From assembly GCA_963809895.1 (NCBI GenBank), contig CAWELD010000003.1:2464001-2528000 (forward strand): a stretch of DNA of 64,000 bases, written 5' to 3'. Position 1 is the stretch's first letter. Every line of letters starts with the position of its first letter. Source of the stretch: an uncultured Gemmatimonadales bacterium (GTDB lineage Bacteria; Gemmatimonadota; Gemmatimonadetes; Longimicrobiales; Gaopeijiaceae). The notes beneath the pieces were generated by a model, which ran no database searches, was not told the origin of the DNA, and saw only the letters and a program-made list of their open reading frames with translations. This document shows, in pieces, positions 28,640 to 37,603 of the stretch. Both the position numbers and the translations under genes were made by a program.

Positions 28640-29355
28640 GCCTGCTCATCATCTTCGTGCTCCTGGCCATGCTGGCCGGTACCGCCATCACCGTGGCCCG
28701 GGTGCGGGGCGTCTTCGTGTCGGCCATGCTCACCGGCATCTACAGCCTGCTCAGCGCCGGATGGATGCTGGTGCTGGACGCCCCCGACGTGGCCTTCACC
28801 GAAGCGGCGGTGGGCGCGGGGATCTCCACGGTCCTCATGCTGAGCGCCCTGGCCCTCACCACCAATCGGGAGCACCGCACCGAGCACGTCGCGGCGCTGC
28901 CGCTGGCGGTGGCGATCTTCACCGGTGCGGTCCTGGTCTACGGCACGCTGGATCTGCCCATCATCGGTGACCCCGACGCACCCATCCACCACCACGTCGC
29001 CCCGCGTTATCTCGAGGATTCTCCCGAAGAGATCGAGGTACCGAACGTGGTCACCGCCGTGCTCGCTTCGTATCGGGGCTACGACACCCTGGGCGAGACC
29101 ACGGTGATCTTCACCGCCGGGCTCGGCGTGATCATCATCCTGGGCGGCGCCCGGCGGGTGCTGTCGTGGCAGCAGGACCGCAGCGCGGAGGACGCCGAGG
29201 GGACGGTGGAGCCGAGCGACTTCACCCAGGTCCCCGTGCCCGAGCCCACGCCGCCTCCCGAGCCCACCCGGGGCTGGGACGTGCGCGGCGAGGCCGCGCC
29301 CGAGGAGCCGCCACCGCCCGACGTAGACGAGGAAGACGAGGAGGACGAGTCGTGA
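28636..29355 (+). CDS. Mrp subunit B-related (DUF4040 + MnhB N-part) with acidic tail
   Basis: LDAPDVAFTEAAVGAG, PNVVTAVLASYRGYDTLGE. Confidence 0.88.
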   Translation: MSLLIIFVLLAMLAGTAITVARVRGVFVSAMLTGIYSLLSAGWMLVLDAPDVAFTEAAVGAGISTVLMLSALALTTNREHRTEHVAALPLAVAIFTGAVLVYGTLDLPIIGDPDAPIHHHVAPRYLEDSPEEIEVPNVVTAVLASYRGYDTLGETTVIFTAGLGVIIILGGARRVLSWQQDRSAEDAEGTVEPSDFTQVPVPEPTPPPEPTRGWDVRGEAAPEEPPPPDVDEEDEEDES

Positions 29356-29774
29356 ACCACCTCCTGGTCCCCAGGGTCATGACCAAGCTCATGATCCCCT
29401 ACATCCTGCTGTACGCCCTGTACGTGCAGTTCCACGGGGACTACTCGCCCGGCGGGGGATTCCAGGCGGGCGTCATCTTCGCCTCGGCCGTGGTCCTCTA
29501 CACGCTCATCTTCCGGGTGGCGGAAGCCGAGCGGGCCGTGCCGCCCCGGGTGGTCCGCGTGCTGGCCGCCATCGGCCTCCTCACGTACGCCGGCGTGGGC
29601 TACGCGGCCATGTTCATGGGCGGGAACTTCCTCGATTACAACCAGCTGAGCCACGATCCGGTGCACGGGCAGCACCTGGGGATCATGCTGGTCGAGCTCG
29701 GTGTGGGCCTGGGCGTCGCGTCTGTGATGATCGCGATCTTCTATTCCTTCGTGGATCTGCTCAGGGGCAAATGA
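29352..29774 (+). CDS. mrpB: Mrp antiporter subunit B
   Basis: HGDYSPGGGFQAG, ELGVGLGV; GTGA overlap. Confidence 0.9.
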   Translation: MNHLLVPRVMTKLMIPYILLYALYVQFHGDYSPGGGFQAGVIFASAVVLYTLIFRVAEAERAVPPRVVRVLAAIGLLTYAGVGYAAMFMGGNFLDYNQLSHDPVHGQHLGIMLVELGVGLGVASVMIAIFYSFVDLLRGK

Positions 29775-30163
29775 CCTTCTCCGAATTCGCCACGCGGCAC
29801 CCGGAGCTCCTGGAGATCCTGGGCCACTACAACTACTGGATCGTCATCGTCCTGATGATGACCGGCTTCTACATCGTGGTGGCCCGCGACAACCTGGTGA
29901 AGAAGATCATCGGCCTGAACATCTTCCAGACCTCGGTCTTCCTGCTCTACATCTCCTTCGGCAAGGTGGCCGGAGGCACGGCGCCCATCCTCAAGGAGGG
30001 CATCGAGGTCTACACCAACCCCCTCCCCAGCGTCCTGATTCTCACCGCCATCGTCGTGGGTGTGGCCACGACGGCGGTGGGCCTCAGCCTCACGGTGCGC
30101 ATCTACGAGGAATACGGAACGCTGGAAGCCGACGACATCGCCCGACAGGACGAAGAGCCGTGA
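29771..30163 (+). CDS. mrpC: Mrp antiporter subunit C
   Basis: NLVKKIIGL, NPLPSVLILTAIVVG, YGTLE. Confidence 0.93.
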   Translation: MTFSEFATRHPELLEILGHYNYWIVIVLMMTGFYIVVARDNLVKKIIGLNIFQTSVFLLYISFGKVAGGTAPILKEGIEVYTNPLPSVLILTAIVVGVATTAVGLSLTVRIYEEYGTLEADDIARQDEEP

Positions 30164-31641
30164 TCGAGGCCAACCTCCCGGTCCTCCAGATCGTGGTTCC
30201 GCTGGTGGCGGCACCGCTGTGCCTCCTCCTGCCGCGGCGCCAGTTGGTGACCGGCTTCGCCATCGCCGTCACCTGGGTGGCGTTCTTCATCTCGCTGAAG
30301 CTGTTGTCCACGGTGCTGGCCACGGGCCCCATCTCGTACCACCTGGGCGGTTGGGCCCCGCCGTGGGGCATCGAATACCGGGTGGACACGCTCAACGCGT
30401 TCGTGCTGGTCCTGGTGTCGGGGATCGGCGCCCTGGTGCTGACCTATTCTCCGCCCAGCGTCTCGGTGGAGATCCGGTACCGCGCGTACAGCATGTTCCA
30501 CTCCATGTACCTGCTGTGCCTGACGGGGCTGCTGGGCATCACCATCACCGGCGATCTCTTCAACGTCTTCGTGTTCCTGGAGATCTCGGCGCTGTCCTCG
30601 TACGTGCTCATCAGCATGGGCACCGATCGGCGCGCGCTGCCTGGAGCGTACGCCTACCTGATCATGGGAACCATCGGGGCGACCTTCATCCTCATCGGCA
30701 TCGGCCTGCTCTACGCCATGACGGGCACGCTCAACATGGCCGACATGCACGCGCGTCTGGCCGACGTGGAGCAGACCCGGGCCGTGATCGCCGCCTTCGG
30801 CTTCCTGACCGTGGGCATCAGCCTCAAGATCGCCCTCTTTCCGCTACACCTGTGGCTGCCCAACGCCTACGCCTACGCACCCTCCGTGGTCACCGCCTTC
30901 ATCGCGGCGACCTCCACCAAGGTCTCGGTCTACGTCCTGATCCGGGTCTTCCTGACCGTCTTCGGCATCGACTTCTCCTTCCACCAGATGCCGTTGGCGT
31001 ACGTGCTCATGCCGCTGGCGCTGGTGGGGATCGTGAGTGCGTCGCTGGTGGCGGTCTTCCAGAACAACATCAAGCGCATGCTGGCCTATTCGTCGGTGGC
31101 CCAGATCGGCTACATGGTGCTGGGCGTGAGCCTGGCCTCGGTCACGGGCCTCACCGGCGGCATCGTCCACCTGTTCAACCACGGCCTCATGAAGGGCGCC
31201 CTCTTCATGTGCATGGGAGCCATCGCGCTGCGGGTGGGGTCGGTGCACATCGACGACCTGCGCGGCCTCGGGCGGAAGATGCCCGTGACCATGGCGGCCT
31301 TCGTGGTCAGTGGCCTGAGTCTCATCGGCGTGCCCATGACCGTGGGCTTCATCTCCAAGTGGTACCTGGTGGCGGCCGCCCTGGAGCAGGGGCTGTGGTG
31401 GGTGGCGGTCATCATCCTGATCAGCTCGCTCATCGCCCTGGTCTACGTGTGGCGCGTGGTGGAGGTGGCCTACTTCGAACCTCCCAGGGAAGGACGTGAA
31501 GGTGTCCGGGAAGCCCCGCTCGTGATGCTCGTCCCCATGGTGATCCTGGCCGGGGCCACCATCTACTTCGGCATCACCACGACCTTCACGGCCAGCGTGG
31601 CCAGTGCCGCCGCGCGCTCGCTGCTGGGACTCGCCCCGTGA
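30160..31641 (+). CDS. mrpD: Mrp antiporter subunit D
   Basis: GGWAPPWGIE, DLFNVFVFLEI, KIALFPLHLWLPNAY, KRMLAYSSVAQIGY, GFISKW. Confidence 0.92.
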   Translation: MIEANLPVLQIVVPLVAAPLCLLLPRRQLVTGFAIAVTWVAFFISLKLLSTVLATGPISYHLGGWAPPWGIEYRVDTLNAFVLVLVSGIGALVLTYSPPSVSVEIRYRAYSMFHSMYLLCLTGLLGITITGDLFNVFVFLEISALSSYVLISMGTDRRALPGAYAYLIMGTIGATFILIGIGLLYAMTGTLNMADMHARLADVEQTRAVIAAFGFLTVGISLKIALFPLHLWLPNAYAYAPSVVTAFIAATSTKVSVYVLIRVFLTVFGIDFSFHQMPLAYVLMPLALVGIVSASLVAVFQNNIKRMLAYSSVAQIGYMVLGVSLASVTGLTGGIVHLFNHGLMKGALFMCMGAIALRVGSVHIDDLRGLGRKMPVTMAAFVVSGLSLIGVPMTVGFISKWYLVAAALEQGLWWVAVIILISSLIALVYVWRVVEVAYFEPPREGREGVREAPLVMLVPMVILAGATIYFGITTTFTASVASAAARSLLGLAP

Positions 31642-33101
31642 GCCCGGAGACGGCCATCGTCCTGGCCCTCGTCCTGCCCCTGGCGGGCGGGCTGCTGGTG
31701 TCCCGGCTGGGACGCGCTCCCAACGTGCGGGAGGCGGCGAGCCTCCTCACCGGGGGACTCCTGTTCGGCGTGGTGGTGACGCTGATTCCGGTGGTCTCCG
31801 GGGGAGCACGGCCCCGGGTCGACGTGCTTCAGGTGATGCCTGGCTTGTCCCTGGCCTTCGAGGTGGAGCCCCTGGGGCTCCTCTTCGCCCTGGTGGCCTC
31901 GGGACTGTGGATCGTCACCACCGCGTACGCCATCGGCTACATGCGCGGGCATCACGAAATCAACCAGACCCGCTTCTACACCTTCTTCGCGGTGGCCATC
32001 TCGGCGGCCATGGCGGTGGCCTTCGCGGCGAACCTGTTCACGCTGTTCGCCGCCTACGAGGTGCTGACGCTCTCCACGTACCCTCTGGTGACGCACCACC
32101 AGAACGAGGAGGCGCGGGCCGCGGGCCGGGTGTATCTGGGCATCCTGCTGAGCACCTCCATCGGTCTCCTGCTGCTGGCCATCGTGTGGACCTGGCTGGC
32201 CGCGGGCACCCTGGAGTTCCGGCCCGGCGGCATCCTCACCGGACACGTCCAGGGCTGGCACGTGGGGCTGCTGCTGGGGCTGTTCGCCTTCGGCATCGGC
32301 AAGGCGGCGCTCATGCCCATGCACCGCTGGCTGCCGGCGGCCATGGTGGCGCCCACGCCGGTGAGCGCCCTGCTGCACGCGGTGGCCGTGGTGAAGGCCG
32401 GTGTGTTCGCCATCACCAAGGTGGTGGTCTACGTCTTCGGGCTGGAGCTCCTCACCAGCTCCGGAATGAACGTCTGGCTCATGTACGCCGCGGCGTTCAC
32501 CATCATCGCGGCCTCGGTGAGCGCCATCCTGAAGGACAACCTGAAGGCGCGGCTGGCCTACTCCACCATCAGCCAGCTCTCCTACATCATCCTGGGAGCG
32601 GCGCTGGCCAACGCCTCGGGGGTCATGGGCGGCGCCATGCACATCGCCATGCACGCCTTCGGCAAGATCACGCTGTTCTTCTGTGCCGGCGCCATCATGG
32701 TGGCGGCCCACAAGACGAAGGTTAGCGAGCTGGACGGCCTGGGGCGACGCATGCCGGTGACCATGTTCGCCTTCTTCATCGCATCGCTGAGCATCATCGG
32801 CCTGCCGCCCATGGGCGGCTCGTGGAGCAAGTGGTTTCTGGCCCTGGGCGCCGTGCAGGCGCACCAGCCGATCCTGGTGGCCGTGCTCATGATCAGTTCG
32901 CTGCTGAGCATCGGCTACCTCATGCCCATCGTGGCACGGGCCTTCTTCCTGAGCCCACCGGACGGCGACGCGGAGGACGGCATCCACGAGGCTCCGCTCT
33001 TCATGCTGGTGCCGATCTGCATCACGGCGGCGGGCACCGTCGTGCTCTTCTTCCTGGCCGATGACCTGTACCGGCTCCTGAGCCCCATCGTGGGAGGGTA
33101 G
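31638..33101 (+). CDS. Second MrpD-like antiporter subunit
   Basis: KAALMPMHRWLPAAMVAPTPVSALLHAVAVVKAG, NLKARLAYSTISQL. Confidence 0.9.
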   Translation: MSPETAIVLALVLPLAGGLLVSRLGRAPNVREAASLLTGGLLFGVVVTLIPVVSGGARPRVDVLQVMPGLSLAFEVEPLGLLFALVASGLWIVTTAYAIGYMRGHHEINQTRFYTFFAVAISAAMAVAFAANLFTLFAAYEVLTLSTYPLVTHHQNEEARAAGRVYLGILLSTSIGLLLLAIVWTWLAAGTLEFRPGGILTGHVQGWHVGLLLGLFAFGIGKAALMPMHRWLPAAMVAPTPVSALLHAVAVVKAGVFAITKVVVYVFGLELLTSSGMNVWLMYAAAFTIIAASVSAILKDNLKARLAYSTISQLSYIILGAALANASGVMGGAMHIAMHAFGKITLFFCAGAIMVAAHKTKVSELDGLGRRMPVTMFAFFIASLSIIGLPPMGGSWSKWFLALGAVQAHQPILVAVLMISSLLSIGYLMPIVARAFFLSPPDGDAEDGIHEAPLFMLVPICITAAGTVVLFFLADDLYRLLSPIVGG

Positions 33102-33105
33102 AGGC

Positions 33106-33354
33106 GTGGAGAACGAGAAACGCTACTGGCTCGACGACCCGGCCAACGTCCGCAAGGTCTACATCGGCCTGTGGGTGGTCTGCATCGTGGTGGCGCTGCT
33201 GGATCTCTTCTACACGAAACACGCCCACTACCCCAGCGAGGAGTTCTTCGCCTTCCACGCGGCCTTCGGGTTCGTGGGATTCGCGGGGCTGGTCTTCGCC
33301 GGGAAGCTCCTGAGGAAAGTGGTGATGCGCGACGAGGACTACTATGACGAGTAG
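33106..33354 (+). CDS. Small membrane protein of the mrp operon
   Basis: Two TM segments, ends LRKVVMRDEDYYDE; overlaps next gene. Confidence 0.75.
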   Translation: MENEKRYWLDDPANVRKVYIGLWVVCIVVALLDLFYTKHAHYPSEEFFAFHAAFGFVGFAGLVFAGKLLRKVVMRDEDYYDE

Positions 33355-35050
33355 CCCGCTGCTCACCATGCTTCCGCCGGGCGCGATCCTCATCCTGGGA
33401 TCCCTCCTGGTGCCCCTCATGAAGGGGAGGGTGCGGGCGGCGTACATGCTGTTGCTGCCGGTGCTCAGCCTGGGCCAGCTCCTGATGATGCCCCAGGGCG
33501 AGCCCTACCACATCCGCTTCTTCGACTACGAGCTCACGCCGATCCGCGTGGATCGGCTTGCCATGGTGTGGGGCTACGTCTTCCACCTGGCTGCCTTCAT
33601 CAGCGTGCTCTTCGCTCTCAAGGTGAAGAAGTCCGGCGAGCACGTGGCCGGCCTCATGTACGCGGGCGCCGCCATCGCCGCGGTGTTCAGCGGCGATCTG
33701 ATCTCGCTGTTCGTCTTCTGGGAAGCCACCTCCTTCACCTCGGTCTTCCTCATCTGGGCTCGGCGCAAGGAGCGCTCGTACCGGGCGGGGATGCGTTACC
33801 TGGTGATCCAGGTGGGCTCGGGGGTGCTGCTGCTGGCCGGCGCGCTGGTGCACGTGGCGGCCACCGACTCCCTGGCGTTCGGCCATCTGGGCCTGGAAGC
33901 CGCCGGCGGCACCCTGATCTTCCTGGCCTTCGGCATCAAGGCGGCCTTCCCCCTGCTGCACAACTGGCTGCAGGACGCCTACCCGGAGGCCACGGTATCG
34001 GGCACGGTGTGGCTCAGCGCCTTCACCACCAAGCTGGCCATCTACGCGCTGGCTCGGGGCTTCGCCGGAACGGAGATCCTGGTGCCCATCGGCACCATCA
34101 TGACCGTGTTCCCCATTTTCTTCGCCGTCATCGAAAACGACTTCCGGCGGGTGCTGGCCTTCAGTCTGAACAACCAGCTGGGCTTCATGGTGGTGGGGAT
34201 CGGCATCGGCACGGAGCTGTCCCTGAACGGGACCGCGGCCCACGCCTTCGCGCACATCATCTACAAGGCGCTCCTCTTCATGTCCATGGGCGCCGTGCTC
34301 TACCGCACCGGCACCATCAAGGGCTCGGAGCTGGGTGGGCTCTACAAGTCCATGCCGCTGACGGCGGTCTTCTGCATCGTGGGGGCCGCCTCCATCTCGG
34401 CGTTCCCGCTGTTCAGCGGCTTCGTCAGCAAGTCCATGATCATCTCGGCCACCGCCGAGAACCACTACCGGCTCTACTACTTCCTGCTGTTGCTGGCGTC
34501 GGCTGGCGTAGTGGAGCACTCGGGCATCAAGATCCCCTACTTCACCTTCTTCGGGCACGACTCGGGGATCCGGGTGAAGGAGGCGCCGCTGAACATGCTG
34601 CTGGCCATGGGGATCGCCGCCTTCCTGTGCATCGGCATCGGCGTGTACCCGGCGCCCCTGTACCACATTCTGCCGTACGCCGTCGACTACGCGCCCTACA
34701 CCGCCACGCACGTGATCACCACGCTGCAGCTCCTGCTGTGGGCGGGCCTGGCCTTCGCGGTGCTCAACTGGTACAAGCTCTATCCCGCGGAGCTGGCGGC
34801 CATCAACCTCAACAGCGACTGGGTGTACCGGAAGGCGCTCCCTGCCGCCTGGACCTTCTCGCTGCGCGTGGGCACGCGCCTCTGGAATGGCTTCAAGCGC
34901 CTGTTCATGCGGCCGCTCACGCGGAGCATCGAGAACATTCATCGTTCCCACGGCCCGCAGGGCATCCTGGCCCGAACCTGGCCCGCCGGGAGCATGGCAC
35001 TGTGGGCGGTGATCCTCCTGTGTGCCGTGCTGTTGGTGTACTTCGTCTGA
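33344..35050 (+). CDS. Third MrpD/MrpA-like antiporter subunit
   Basis: FVFWE, KAAFPLLHNWLQDAYPEAT, AFTTK, HAFAHIIYKALLFM, GFVSKSM. Confidence 0.9.
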   Translation: MTSSPLLTMLPPGAILILGSLLVPLMKGRVRAAYMLLLPVLSLGQLLMMPQGEPYHIRFFDYELTPIRVDRLAMVWGYVFHLAAFISVLFALKVKKSGEHVAGLMYAGAAIAAVFSGDLISLFVFWEATSFTSVFLIWARRKERSYRAGMRYLVIQVGSGVLLLAGALVHVAATDSLAFGHLGLEAAGGTLIFLAFGIKAAFPLLHNWLQDAYPEATVSGTVWLSAFTTKLAIYALARGFAGTEILVPIGTIMTVFPIFFAVIENDFRRVLAFSLNNQLGFMVVGIGIGTELSLNGTAAHAFAHIIYKALLFMSMGAVLYRTGTIKGSELGGLYKSMPLTAVFCIVGAASISAFPLFSGFVSKSMIISATAENHYRLYYFLLLLASAGVVEHSGIKIPYFTFFGHDSGIRVKEAPLNMLLAMGIAAFLCIGIGVYPAPLYHILPYAVDYAPYTATHVITTLQLLLWAGLAFAVLNWYKLYPAELAAINLNSDWVYRKALPAAWTFSLRVGTRLWNGFKRLFMRPLTRSIENIHRSHGPQGILARTWPAGSMALWAVILLCAVLLVYFV

Positions 35051-35061
35051 GGGGAGTCGTC

Positions 35062-36441
35062 ATGAAGGTCTGCAAGCGCTTCGTCGCGGCCGCTTCGGTG
35101 GCCACCGCCCTCCTCGCCACCGCGAGCACGGCGGCGGCCCAGACTCCGGACCTGTCGTCGTACCGCGCCGATGTGCAGCGCATCATCGAGGCGGCCACGG
35201 GCAGCCACGATGCCTACGGGCGGCTCGGCGAGCTGGTGGACGGGTTCGGACCTCGCTTCTCCGGCACGGTGAACCTGGAGCGTGCCATCGACTGGATCCT
35301 GGAGGAGATGAAGGCCGACGGGCTCCAGAACGTCCACGGCGAGGGCGTCATGGTGCCTCATTGGGTGCGGGGAGACGAATCGCTGGAGCTGATCACGCCC
35401 TATGCCCGCCGCATGCCCATGTTGGGCCTGGGAGGGAGCATCGGCACGCCCGCCGGCGGCATCCGCGCCGAGGTCATGGTGGTGGGTTCGTACGACGAGC
35501 TCGAAGCCCGGGCCGACGAGGCCCGCGGCCGCATCGTGCTCTTCAACGTGCCCTTCACCAACTACGGCGAGACGGTGCAGTACCGCACCGGCGGCGCCGT
35601 GGCCGCGGCCCGGGCCGGCGCCGTGGCGAGCCTGATCCGCTCGGTGGGCCCCTTCGGCATCCAGACGCCACACACCGGCGGCATGAGCTACGAGGATGGG
35701 GTCCGCAAGATCCCCCACGCCGCCATCACCATGGAGGACGCCGACCGCATCCAGCGCATGAGCGACCGGGGTCAGCGGGTGGAGGTGCTCCTGAAGATGG
35801 AGGCCGAGACCCAGCCCGACGCCCCGTCACGCAACGTGGTGGCGGAGCTGGTGGGGAGCGAGCACCCGGAGCAGGTGGTCGTGCTCGGCGGCCACATCGA
35901 CTCCTGGGACGTGGGCCAGGGAGCCATGGACGACGGCGGCGGCGCGGTGGCGGCCTGGGAGGCCGTGCGCCTCATCAAGGAGCTGGGCCTGACCCCGCGG
36001 CGCACGCTGCGGGTGGTCCTGTGGACCAACGAGGAGAACGGACTCCGGGGCGGCAACGGCTACCGGGATCAGCACATGGACGAGCTCGACGACCACGTGC
36101 TCGCCATGGAGTCCGACGGTGGCGTGTTCAGCCCCCAGGGCTTCGGCTTCACCGGCTCCGACGATGCCTGGGCGGTCATCCAGGCCATCGGCCGCATGCT
36201 GGAGCCCATCGGCGCCGGCACCATGACCCGCGGCGGGGGTGAGGCCGACATCGGCCCCATCATGCGCGAGGGGGTGCCGGGCATGGGCCTCCAGGTGGAT
36301 GGCACGAAGTACTTCTGGTACCACCACACCGAGGGCGACACGCTGGACAAGCTCGACCCCGACGAGGTGGCCCGCTGCGTGGCGGCCATGGCGGTGGTGG
36401 CCTACGTGGTGGCGGACATGCCGGAGCGGCTTCCGCGGTAG
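35062..36441 (+). CDS. M28 family metallopeptidase (carboxypeptidase Q-like), secreted
   Basis: Signal peptide; GGHIDSWD, GAMDDGGG, TNEENG, ESDGG, YHHTEGDT; ATG at 35062 with GGGGAG RBS. Confidence 0.92.
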   Translation: MKVCKRFVAAASVATALLATASTAAAQTPDLSSYRADVQRIIEAATGSHDAYGRLGELVDGFGPRFSGTVNLERAIDWILEEMKADGLQNVHGEGVMVPHWVRGDESLELITPYARRMPMLGLGGSIGTPAGGIRAEVMVVGSYDELEARADEARGRIVLFNVPFTNYGETVQYRTGGAVAAARAGAVASLIRSVGPFGIQTPHTGGMSYEDGVRKIPHAAITMEDADRIQRMSDRGQRVEVLLKMEAETQPDAPSRNVVAELVGSEHPEQVVVLGGHIDSWDVGQGAMDDGGGAVAAWEAVRLIKELGLTPRRTLRVVLWTNEENGLRGGNGYRDQHMDELDDHVLAMESDGGVFSPQGFGFTGSDDAWAVIQAIGRMLEPIGAGTMTRGGGEADIGPIMREGVPGMGLQVDGTKYFWYHHTEGDTLDKLDPDEVARCVAAMAVVAYVVADMPERLPR

Positions 36442-36486
36442 CGATCCGCTACCCCCCGTCGTCGAGTCCGCATCTCGACAGGTGGA

Positions 36487-36513
36487 TAAAACAATCCGCC
36501 CGCCCCTTCCGTA
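36487..36513 (+). promoter_or_regulatory. Putative ECF sigma factor promoter
   Basis: TAAAAC-N17-CGTA resembles the AAC/CGT ECF (SigW-type) consensus, 45 bp before the next CDS. Confidence 0.45.
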
Positions 36514-36557
36514 AGAAGAAGACGAGGGCTCGGAAGCCACCCGCAGGAGGACGTACC

Positions 36558-37406
36558 GTGTACGACGAATACGAACGCGCGATGACCGGGCGGACCCGTT
36601 CGGGCATGGGACTCATGGGCTGGATCGGAGTGGGACTCGCCACTTCGGCACTGATCATGGTCGGCGTCGGAGTCGCCGGCGCGATCTTCGTCAAGCACCG
36701 CATGGCGGACCTGCAGGAGGCCTGGAGGGCCAGCCCCGCGGTGACCGTGGCCGACATGCTGGCGCGCCTGGACCCGGCGCTGGAGTCGGTGGACCGGGCG
36801 AACGGCGGTAGGGTGGCGACCCTGCGGGACGCGCGCTCGGGCGAGACCGCCAGCTTCGACTTCCAGGATCTCGTCCGCGGTGACCTCCGCATCCAGGACC
36901 GCGACGGACGCGACGTCTCGGTGCAGCTGCGCGGTGACGAGAACGGTGGCTCGCTGGTGGTGAACGCCGACGGAGAGCGTGTCCGATTCGACCTGGTGCG
37001 TCAGGGCGACGGTGCCCACCTCGTGATCCGCAGCAGCGACGGAGACGTGGTGCGGCTGGGTGCCGGCGACGGCGCCGAGCCCGTGGACGTGCCGGCGTGG
37101 CTCCCCAGGACGGGATCCATGCCTTCGGCGCCACGCCCCGTGTTCTCCGCCCGCTCGGGCGACGGCACCGCCGGTGCCGTGACGTGGACGTCCGGCGACG
37201 AGCCCCGGACCATCGTGGCTTCCTGGGCTCGAGAACTGCGGGACCGTGGCTTCGACGTGGTGCGCCAATCGGCGAGCCGAAACGGCCGTGAAGACCAGGC
37301 GTCGGTCTGGGCCAGCGACGAGGATCAGGGCCGCTCGGCATTCCTGGTCGCGGCGCGCGAAGACGGCGAGACCAACGTCGTGGCGGGCTTCCGCATCCGG
37401 CACTGA
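36558..37406 (+). CDS. Hypothetical membrane-anchored protein
   Basis: GTG start with AGGAGG RBS; single N-terminal TM helix followed by a beta-rich region. Confidence 0.75.
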   Translation: MYDEYERAMTGRTRSGMGLMGWIGVGLATSALIMVGVGVAGAIFVKHRMADLQEAWRASPAVTVADMLARLDPALESVDRANGGRVATLRDARSGETASFDFQDLVRGDLRIQDRDGRDVSVQLRGDENGGSLVVNADGERVRFDLVRQGDGAHLVIRSSDGDVVRLGAGDGAEPVDVPAWLPRTGSMPSAPRPVFSARSGDGTAGAVTWTSGDEPRTIVASWARELRDRGFDVVRQSASRNGREDQASVWASDEDQGRSAFLVAAREDGETNVVAGFRIRH

Positions 37407-37409
37407 CGT

Positions 37410-37435
37410 CCCGCCGGCGGCCGTCCGCCGGCGGG
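37410..37435 (+). terminator. Hairpin after the 36558-37406 CDS
   Basis: CCCGCCGGCGG-CCGT-CCGCCGGCGGG perfect 11-bp stem; weak U tract. Confidence 0.5.
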
Positions 37436-37603
37436 GTTCCAGGGAATACGCGGGACCACAGCACTTGCATTTCGAAGGGTTTTCGGAGCAAGATTCTCGT
37501 CCTGCACCAGCCCTCGTGTGTGTGAGCGCCTCGCGGATCCCTTCAGGCGCTGCGACATCGAGCGCCATCCGCGTCCCTCGCCCCGCCTCGGAAGCCGCCG
37601 CGC

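Noticed and set aside
27560..35050. Respiratory complex I or membrane-bound hydrogenase
   Set aside because: No Fe-S, NiFe or NuoH-like subunits; mrpE, F and G are present.
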